This document shows positions 57,231 through 64,000 of a DNA stretch of 64,000 bases, piece by piece. The first letter of the stretch is position 1, and each line of letters starts with the position of its first letter. Position numbers and translations under genes: made by a program. This stretch comes from Microgenomates group bacterium GW2011_GWC1_46_15. GTDB taxonomy: Bacteria > Patescibacteriota > Microgenomatia > UBA1400 > UBA12028. The stretch spans positions 30-64,029 of the forward strand of contig LCLX01000001.1 of NCBI GenBank assembly GCA_001002285.1. The letters run 5' to 3'. Under the pieces are notes generated by a model that searched no databases, was not told the DNA's origin, and saw only the letters and a list, made by a program, of their open reading frames with translations.

Positions 57231-59684
57231 CTAGAAAAACACGCTCCGAATCTGCGGTACAGCAAGAATAATCCCCTGAAGCACAGCTGATATCACGACG
57301 GTTATAATCAAAAACCGGTTTGAGTACGCCGGCGTGTGCTTTCCACGGACAAGAAACACGACGAGAAGTTCCAGCGCAACGAGCGTAGTAAAGACCGCAC
57401 CGCGACTAAAAGACAATCCGCGGCTTAGTGCAAATGCAAAAACACTTAGCGCAATCACGGCTTGTCCAATCCCAACCCCGCCTATCCACACATAGTTTTC
57501 TCTGGTTAATAACGCCGTCCGGTTTACTTGGTATTTTTTCAACATCGTTCTTCCATCGCTGGGATCAATGGCAAGGGCGAGCGCGGGGAGTCCGTCTGTT
57601 ACAATGTTGATCCACAGTATCGCCGGTGGCAGCAAGGGCAGCGGTAGGCCAAAAAGAAGCGCACCAAACATCACGCACACCTCGCCAAGGTTAGACGACA
57701 ACAAGTACACAATAGTGTGGGTTAAGTTGGTAAAAACAGTTCGCCCTTCTTGGATAGCGGCCACAATAGTCGCAAAGTTGTCGTCGGTAATCACGATATC
57801 CGAAGCCTCTTTTGCAACGTCCGTTCCGGTCATGCCCATCGCAACTCCAACCTCCGCCTTTTTGAGCGCGGGCGCATCATTTACGCCGTCTCCTGTTACG
57901 GCAACAACGCGGCCCATTTCTTGAAATGCGCGGACAATCCGCAGTTTGTCTGTTGGCGTCACGCGGGCAAAAATACGCACGCGGCTTAAATGCTGACGAA
58001 GAATACTATCTTCATACTGCGCAAGCTGTTGGCCGGTTAAAATTTCATCATCATGGTCAATGAGGCCAATTGACTCGGCAATGGAACGTGCGGTTTCCGG
58101 CGAATCACCCGTCAACATGACAGTCATAATGCCGGCGCGCTTACAGATACGGAGTGCCTCAGTAACCTCTTCCCTTGGGGGGTCGGAAATGGCAACAAGT
58201 CCGGCAAACGTATATCCGGAAAATGTTTCTTTTTGTACTCCTTTTGTATAGTGTGCAGAAAGCCGTTTGTGTGCAAACGCCAACACGCGGAACCCCCGCC
58301 GACCAAAATCCTCCGCCTTCTTTCGATATATTTCTTTCTCTTTTTCATTCAGCGAACTGCAAAACTGCAGAATAGATTCTGCTGCGCCTTTCGCATACGC
58401 ATGCGTTGCAGTATGCACAGCCATGGCTTTTCTATTGGAATCAAACGGATACTCCTCGATGGTGGGGAACTGTTCGCGCAGAGAAACCGTACTCAACCCG
58501 GACTTTTCGACAAGAATAAGAAGCGATCCCTCTGTTGTGTCGCCAAGAACGCGGAACTCTTTTCCACCATCCTCAACAAGCGCCAACGAACTCGTGTTAC
58601 ACAGCGCGCTAATGTGAAGCAAGATAGAAAGATCGTCGTGTGTGGCAAGATCTGCAATACGTTTTCCCGTTTTTTCTTCAATAATTTCTCCACTTTTTGT
58701 GTACCCGATTCCGGTTACGGTATACGCGCGCGTGGGTGTTACAAGATGTTTCACAACCATTTCATTTTTTGTTAATGTTCCGGTTTTGTCGGTGCAAATC
58801 ACATCAACTGACCCCAAAGCCTCAACCGCGGGAAGCCGCTTTACAATCGCCTTTTTTCCCGCAAGTCGCTTGACGCCAAACGCCAAAGCAATGGTAAGCA
58901 CGGCAATCAAGCCTTCCGGGATTGCGGCGACCGCGAGCGCAACTGCAGACAAAAACATATCGTACGGCCGTTCTCCCCGCATTAAACCGATACCCCAGAT
59001 GAGGAGAATGAGGAAGCCAATGCCGATGCCGAGCACTCGACCCAAAGAAGAAAGCTTTTTTTCCAGCGGGGTATGCTCTTCATGTATTTCGGAAAGGCGC
59101 TGGGCGATTTGGCCAAACGCCGTATGAGCCCCCGTCTTTGTTACAAGAGCGACGGCTTTTCCCGAGAGCACAGTCGTTGCCATAAATGCCGCATCGTGTA
59201 CACCCTTTGGCACAGGAACACTTTCTCCAGTGAGCGATGCCTCATTGACCGAAAGAGAAGAAGTGGACAAGATCTCGCAGTCGGCAGGGACACTGTCTCC
59301 CTCGGTAAGAATAACAACGTCCCCCGGAAGGAGCGACTTTGCTTTTATGAGTTTTTCTTTTCCATCGCGGATCACACGTGCATACGGAATGAGAAGTTTT
59401 TTGAGCGCAGCAATTTCGTGTTTTGCGCGCATTTCCTGAAGAAAACTGATTGATGCGTTTAAAAGGACAATGAAAAAAATAAAGTACGCATCTAATGTTT
59501 CGTGAAGATAGTACGATACGCTGCCGGCAAAAAGAAGAATAAAAACAAACAAGGAGCGGAACTGTTTAAGGAAAATGAAAATAACGGGAAGTTCACGCGC
59601 CTTTGGAAGAGTGTTATATCCAAACTGGTCCCGTAGCCGAGAAATGTCCTCCGACCGCAGTCCTGTCCCTGTAGGCTGTATCAT
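57231..59684 (-). CDS. P-type cation-transporting ATPase (type II, Ca2+/Mg2+-like)
   Basis: DKTGTLT phosphorylation motif, TGDGVNDAPALKKA hinge, 8-10 TM. Confidence 0.9.
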   Translation of the reverse strand: MIQPTGTGLRSEDISRLRDQFGYNTLPKARELPVIFIFLKQFRSLFVFILLFAGSVSYYLHETLDAYFIFFIVLLNASISFLQEMRAKHEIAALKKLLIPYARVIRDGKEKLIKAKSLLPGDVVILTEGDSVPADCEILSTSSLSVNEASLTGESVPVPKGVHDAAFMATTVLSGKAVALVTKTGAHTAFGQIAQRLSEIHEEHTPLEKKLSSLGRVLGIGIGFLILLIWGIGLMRGERPYDMFLSAVALAVAAIPEGLIAVLTIALAFGVKRLAGKKAIVKRLPAVEALGSVDVICTDKTGTLTKNEMVVKHLVTPTRAYTVTGIGYTKSGEIIEEKTGKRIADLATHDDLSILLHISALCNTSSLALVEDGGKEFRVLGDTTEGSLLILVEKSGLSTVSLREQFPTIEEYPFDSNRKAMAVHTATHAYAKGAAESILQFCSSLNEKEKEIYRKKAEDFGRRGFRVLAFAHKRLSAHYTKGVQKETFSGYTFAGLVAISDPPREEVTEALRICKRAGIMTVMLTGDSPETARSIAESIGLIDHDDEILTGQQLAQYEDSILRQHLSRVRIFARVTPTDKLRIVRAFQEMGRVVAVTGDGVNDAPALKKAEVGVAMGMTGTDVAKEASDIVITDDNFATIVAAIQEGRTVFTNLTHTIVYLLSSNLGEVCVMFGALLFGLPLPLLPPAILWINIVTDGLPALALAIDPSDGRTMLKKYQVNRTALLTRENYVWIGGVGIGQAVIALSVFAFALSRGLSFSRGAVFTTLVALELLVVFLVRGKHTPAYSNRFLIITVVISAVLQGIILAVPQIRSVFF

Positions 59685-60288
59685 GCACTCAGTGTATCAT
59701 GGGAGTATGCGAGTTCTGCCCCGGCCCATCTCGAAAAAAAGAAGAGGAAAAATATACACGCACGTTCTTGTTTTAACGTTGAGTGTTGTTGTTGCGCTCT
59801 TTTTAGTTCAATCTTCTGCGGTACACCGTCTTTTAGAAGTCAGCAGAGAGCTGCAGATCGTATCCGCATTTCTTGCGGGAGTGTTTTTCACTTCAGTATT
59901 TACCGTTATCCCCGCAACAGCAGCACTGTTCGTTTTAGGAGAAGAAAGCCACGCGTTGTGGCTTGCGCTTATTGCGGCATTTGGCTCTGTGGTAGGCGAC
60001 ACGTTTATTCTGAAGTTTATAGAAAACGATATTTTTTCTGATGCAAAACTTTTTGTAACATCAAAAACGAGGGCAACATTCCGCCATATTTTACAAAAGA
60101 AACTATTCCGGCTCCCATTAACGCTTCTTGGAGCGCTTATTATTGCTTCACCCTTGCCGGACGAACTTGGTATAGCACTACTGGATATTGCAAAAATAAA
60201 AATGAAGTCGTTTTACCTCATTTCATTCGCGTTGAATTTTCTCGGCATTATCGCAATTATGGAAACAGGAACACTTCTCTCAAAATAG
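59684..60288 (+). CDS. hypothetical membrane protein (ORF track start 59575)
   Basis: About 200 aa, several TM helices. Confidence 0.35.
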
Positions 60289-60323
60289 AGCGCCAAAATA
60301 GGGTACCAACACCGAACGCCGAT

Positions 60324-60689
60324 TTAGAACTTCAGCTGATCTGCGTACTTTCCAATGACTGGCAACTCTTCCATCTTGCCGTTGAGTGCGTTCATCACAC
60401 CCATCACCCAAAGCACAAGGAAGAATACACTAACGATCAAACCAATCAACCCGCTTGCAACCCAACCGAGCATGGGAAGCTGTGCCAAGAGTGATTCGGC
60501 AACATTCACCACAACGCTGGCGATCAACAATACAAGCGCTTGCTTGACGTGAAACTTCACGAATGGATCGTTCTTATCCTTTGTTAATAACGGAACAAAG
60601 AACAAAATGTAAGCGACCATCGCCATTACCGTGTTCTTTTTCCCAGACGTTGTTCGCGCTACCGCGCGCGATTTCTTTTTCGCAGGCAT
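60324..60689 (-). CDS. DUF4870-like small membrane protein
   Basis: KFHVKQALVLLI motif and two TM helices. Confidence 0.45.
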   Translation of the reverse strand: MPAKKKSRAVARTTSGKKNTVMAMVAYILFFVPLLTKDKNDPFVKFHVKQALVLLIASVVVNVAESLLAQLPMLGWVASGLIGLIVSVFFLVLWVMGVMNALNGKMEELPVIGKYADQLKF

Positions 60690-60744
60690 ATTTCCTCCAA
60701 TTGTTAGGCAGTACTAGTATCACTATAGATGGATTGAGTACAGA

Positions 60745-61977
60745 TTGACAACAGGCACTCTCTCGAGCTACGCTAAAACGATGACCCAAAGAAAGAACGA
60801 AAATCAAGACAAAAGGGGAGGGGATGGTGGCGGAAGGACTGTTCCGCTTGCCGTGCGGATCCGCCCCTCAACCTTGGATGAGTTTATCGGCCAGTCACAC
60901 TTAGTTGGTGTCGGCAAGCCTTTGCGCATTGCAATCGAAAAACATCAGATTTTCTCGATGATTTTTTGGGGGCCTCCGGGAGTTGGTAAAACAAGTTTGG
61001 CTAAGATTTTAGCGGGGGCAGTCAATGCTGATTTTTTTGAGTTGTCTGCGGTTTCGGCGGGGAAAAGCGATTTAAGGACGATTATTGATGGCGCTTCTGC
61101 AAAAACCAGGCGTACAGTTGTGTTTTTGGATGAAATTCATCGGTTTAACAAGGCTCAGCAGGATTTTTTGTTGCCCTATGTTGAGTCCGGGGTCATTACG
61201 CTGATTGGTGCGACAACGGAAAATCCCAGTTTTGAAGTCATTGCCCCATTGTTATCGCGGTGCCGCGTGTTTGTTCTGCGCGAACTTATCAGCGAAGAAA
61301 TGGCTAAGATTATTGACCGCGCGTTAGTAACGCTCCATGCAAAAATGGACCAGGACGCAAAAGATTGGCTGACGGCAATGGCGAATGGAGATGGCCGCCA
61401 AGCAATTACGATGATCGAGAATGCGTTTGGGCTGTACACCAAGTTGACGGTTGAAACACTCAAGGATACTTTACAGTCCAAACACTTGCGGTTTGATAAA
61501 CAGGGTGAGGAGCATTTCAATACCATCAGCGCGTTTATCAAAAGCATGCGGGCGAGTGATGTGAACGCAGCGCTGTATTACTTGGCAAGAATGGTTGATG
61601 CCGGCGAAGATCCCCTGTTTATTGCCCGTCGCATGGTAGTGTTTGCGAGCGAGGATATTGGAATGGCTCAGCCCACCGCTTTAGTGGTGGCAAACGCCGT
61701 GTTCCGCGCGTGCGAAACGATTGGATACCCCGAGTGCCAGGAAAACTTGGCGCACGGCGTGGTGTACTTGGCGAGTGCAAAAAAAGACCGGTCCGCATAT
61801 GACGCATACTTCCGCGCTTTGAATGACGTCAAGCAGTTTGGCAACTTGCCCATCCCAATGAACGTACGCAACACGCCAACGAAACTCATGAAATCCTTGG
61901 GGTATGGTAAAGGATATGAGAAATACGATACAACAAGCCACTTGCCCGAGGAGTTGAAAGACAAGAAGTATTACTGA
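60745..61977 (+). CDS. rarA: replication-associated recombination protein A (AAA+ ATPase)
   Basis: Walker A GPPGVGKTSLAKI, Walker B VVFLDEIHRFNKAQQD, sensor GATTENPSFEV. Confidence 0.9.
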   Translation: MTTGTLSSYAKTMTQRKNENQDKRGGDGGGRTVPLAVRIRPSTLDEFIGQSHLVGVGKPLRIAIEKHQIFSMIFWGPPGVGKTSLAKILAGAVNADFFELSAVSAGKSDLRTIIDGASAKTRRTVVFLDEIHRFNKAQQDFLLPYVESGVITLIGATTENPSFEVIAPLLSRCRVFVLRELISEEMAKIIDRALVTLHAKMDQDAKDWLTAMANGDGRQAITMIENAFGLYTKLTVETLKDTLQSKHLRFDKQGEEHFNTISAFIKSMRASDVNAALYYLARMVDAGEDPLFIARRMVVFASEDIGMAQPTALVVANAVFRACETIGYPECQENLAHGVVYLASAKKDRSAYDAYFRALNDVKQFGNLPIPMNVRNTPTKLMKSLGYGKGYEKYDTTSHLPEELKDKKYY

Positions 61978-61996
61978 TATAAAGGAGGAGGGGAAA

Positions 61997-62257
61997 ATGA
62001 TAAATGGAAGTTTGATTGACATTGCGGGACAAACAATAGAGCAGTCACGGATTGGCGAAAAAGCGAGGATTGCTCTTACAGTAGAGGAACTCAAACGACT
62101 TCTTACAAAGTGGCTCGAACGAAAAGAAGAGTTTACAATAGACGATATTCAAACTGCGCAGGCCAACATTGCTGGTCTTGGAGGATATAACCAAGCGGCG
62201 CAAGATACAGGATATTCCGCACAAGAGTTAAGAAGTATGACGAATGAATTAGAGTGA
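61997..62257 (+). CDS. hypothetical protein
   Basis: 86 aa ORF with RBS-like GGAGGAGG upstream. Confidence 0.3.
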   Translation: MINGSLIDIAGQTIEQSRIGEKARIALTVEELKRLLTKWLERKEEFTIDDIQTAQANIAGLGGYNQAAQDTGYSAQELRSMTNELE

Positions 62258-62260
62258 ACT

Positions 62261-62698
62261 ATGTCCCTCCGCACACAAATCACCGATCAGATCAAAACCG
62301 CGATGAAAGCGCGCGACACTGTTACTCTTAATGCTCTGCGGTACATTCTTTCAACGATTAAAAATGTTGAGATCGATGCAAAACATGAATTAAATGACGA
62401 AGAAGTGCTGAATGTGATCCAAAAAGAAGTCAAAAACCGCCGCGAAGCGATTATCCAGTTTCAGCAGGGCGGTCGTATGGACATCGTGACCGAAGAACAG
62501 AAAAAACTTGACGTATTATTAAAGTTCCTTCCGGCGCAGTTAAGCCAGCAAGACGTTGAAGAAAAAGTCCGCGCAATTGTTGCGGCACTTCCATCGAAAG
62601 ATATGCCTTCAGCAATGAAAGCAGTGATGGCCGAACTCAAAGGCAAAGCCGATGGAAAAATGATTGCAGACGCGGTAAAAGTAGCGATTACTATATAA
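62261..62698 (+). CDS. GatB/YqeY domain protein
   Basis: LRTQITDQIKTAMKARDTVTLNALRYILSTIKNVEID...VIQKEVKNRREAI. Confidence 0.8.
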   Translation: MSLRTQITDQIKTAMKARDTVTLNALRYILSTIKNVEIDAKHELNDEEVLNVIQKEVKNRREAIIQFQQGGRMDIVTEEQKKLDVLLKFLPAQLSQQDVEEKVRAIVAALPSKDMPSAMKAVMAELKGKADGKMIADAVKVAITI

Positions 62699-62703
62699 CA
62701 AAC

Positions 62704-62967
62704 TCAAACTTCTTTAACAATCTTTCTTGTTAAGTTAACTTCAAGAGAGAAGCTCTGAGGTCCCTTTTCCCCTTGAGCGCTAATACTAACAATGTATATG
62801 TTATTCCCTCTTTCAGTAACGGAATACGAAACATTTCGGAGAACCCCAAGCTTTGGATAAGATTGATCCAACCAAGACGTTGCTAGGAGTATAGCCTCTC
62901 TTGCTCCCCCTTCCCCATCTTGTTGTGTGGGGACAACCTCCCCACCACTTGGACTTGGAAGTGCCAT
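62704..62967 (-). CDS. hypothetical protein
   Basis: 87 aa ORF. Confidence 0.25.
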   Translation of the reverse strand: MALPSPSGGEVVPTQQDGEGGAREAILLATSWLDQSYPKLGVLRNVSYSVTERGNNIYIVSISAQGEKGPQSFSLEVNLTRKIVKEV

Positions 62968-63077
62968 AACTTTCCTTTCCGTTTATCTATCTTACCTATT
63001 GTAGCATTCCCCTAAGTTCTAAAGCGAATCCGAACACTACAATGTTCGGATATGACCAATAGGATACTGTTAGTATT

Positions 63078-63977
63078 TCATAACTGTTGCCACAAGATTA
63101 CGTAGCTATACAGACTTGGACTATACACAGGATTATTCTCCCTTATTGTCTTCACAATTGCTGAATGTGTTGCAATAGCATTTCCTTGTTGGTCATAAGA
63201 AGTTGCTGTATATTTTCCAACAGGAATATTTTCGAAAATTGCGGCAAACAACCCGGGGACTTCTGGATGTTCTGGAGAATGAATCACCGCCTTTTCGTAA
63301 GAGTTTGACAACGTTTCATGCTGGATACGCACACGATACCCAGCAAGATCGTCGTAATGTGTGTTATAAACAGAAGCAAATAACGTTCCTTTTCCTTGCT
63401 CTCCATCACTTTGCACATTGACAGTTCGGACCCCTTGAACTAACGGGAAATCAGTAAGGTTATAGTATATGGTCAATGGTCCCTCAGTTTGTCCTGTAGG
63501 AATAGCGACTGTTTCATTATATTGAGAAAACCGCACGACATTTGTGTACTGCGTGTACTCATTGTTGGGATATACAACAGTAAGTGTGTATTTCAGACCC
63601 CGTTCTGGTTTGAGATCGAGCGCAACGGGACTATCATTAAATGCGTACCGGAAACCAAACGTTGTTGTTATCGTACTATTTGTTGCAGCTGTATCAGAAC
63701 TCGTAATAGCAAAATTTACTCGAAATGGATCAGCAATCCCTTCTCTTTGTTTGAATGCATACACAAATGTTGTAAACTCCGCACGGTTTCCATTTGCTTG
63801 CGGCCCATAGATTTTTCCAGTGCCGGAAAACTTCCAAATAGGCATAAGATATCCAAATGGAAACTTTGTTGTGTCAGTAACCGTAGTTCTTCCAGCGTGG
63901 TTTGTACTGAGATAATACACCAGTTCACCAGAGGTAACAACCGCATCGCGAATATCATATCCATCGTCAGTATTCAT
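63078..63977 (-). CDS. hypothetical T/N-rich protein, possibly N-terminally truncated at window edge
   Basis: 299 aa, beta-rich composition, no N-terminal signal within window. Confidence 0.3.
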   Translation of the reverse strand: MNTDDGYDIRDAVVTSGELVYYLSTNHAGRTTVTDTTKFPFGYLMPIWKFSGTGKIYGPQANGNRAEFTTFVYAFKQREGIADPFRVNFAITSSDTAATNSTITTTFGFRYAFNDSPVALDLKPERGLKYTLTVVYPNNEYTQYTNVVRFSQYNETVAIPTGQTEGPLTIYYNLTDFPLVQGVRTVNVQSDGEQGKGTLFASVYNTHYDDLAGYRVRIQHETLSNSYEKAVIHSPEHPEVPGLFAAIFENIPVGKYTATSYDQQGNAIATHSAIVKTIRENNPVYSPSLYSYVILWQQL

Positions 63978-64000
63978 TGTGGTGTATATATCGTTAGTGT

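Overview
The window reads like a reduced-genome bacterium, plausibly Patescibacteria/CPR, spanning the chromosomal replication origin. That call rests on the many small membrane proteins, a DUF4012 protein, a short YidC, an archaeal-type isopentenyl phosphate kinase and a Gram-positive-style T4SS; all of it is inference from sequence by eye, without searches.

Origin and housekeeping genes:
- The canonical rpmH-rnpA-yidD-yidC-jag block sits on the minus strand and diverges from dnaA-dnaN on the plus strand.
- Clustered DnaA boxes (TTATCCACA and one-mismatch variants) lie both upstream of dnaA and between dnaA and dnaN. The dnaA-dnaN spacer also holds an AT-rich run that could be the unwinding element.
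- Other housekeeping genes present are valS, rplY, rnhA, smpB followed by a tmRNA, two type-II tRNAs, rarA, a P-type ATPase, uppS, idi, an isopentenyl phosphate kinase, a Nudix hydrolase, comF, pilN/pilO-like genes and an ECF sigma factor.

Type IV secretion-like system: the dominant accessory content is a Gram-positive-style T4SS-like system in two blocks.
- Block 1 (16.3-26.3 kb) has a VirB4-like ATPase, a PrgI/VirB3-like protein, a 1035-aa membrane protein with a C-terminal M23 peptidase domain, and a 592-aa zinc-ribbon protein.
- Block 2 (32.7-41.5 kb) has a VirB6/TrbL-like polytopic membrane protein, an 1153-aa secreted protein with an SLT-like C-terminus, and seven tandem VirB2/TrbC-like pilin paralogs.
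- Two more pilin-like genes lie at 47.1-48.3 kb; one is fused to a Cys-rich extracellular domain.

Inserted island: the two T4SS blocks are separated by an AT-rich island (about 26.6-32.7 kb).
- It carries an AbiEi/AbiEii module behind a perfect consensus sigma70 promoter with a palindromic operator, a VapBC pair, and two large domain-less ORFans (470 and 848 aa).
- A BrnT/BrnA pair sits on the far side, just 3' of the VirB6-like gene.
- The two ORFans are the best candidate for an undescribed defence or effector module.

A second AT-rich islet with an AbiEii-like nucleotidyltransferase sits immediately 3' of the tmRNA gene. No CRISPR array or rRNA was seen.
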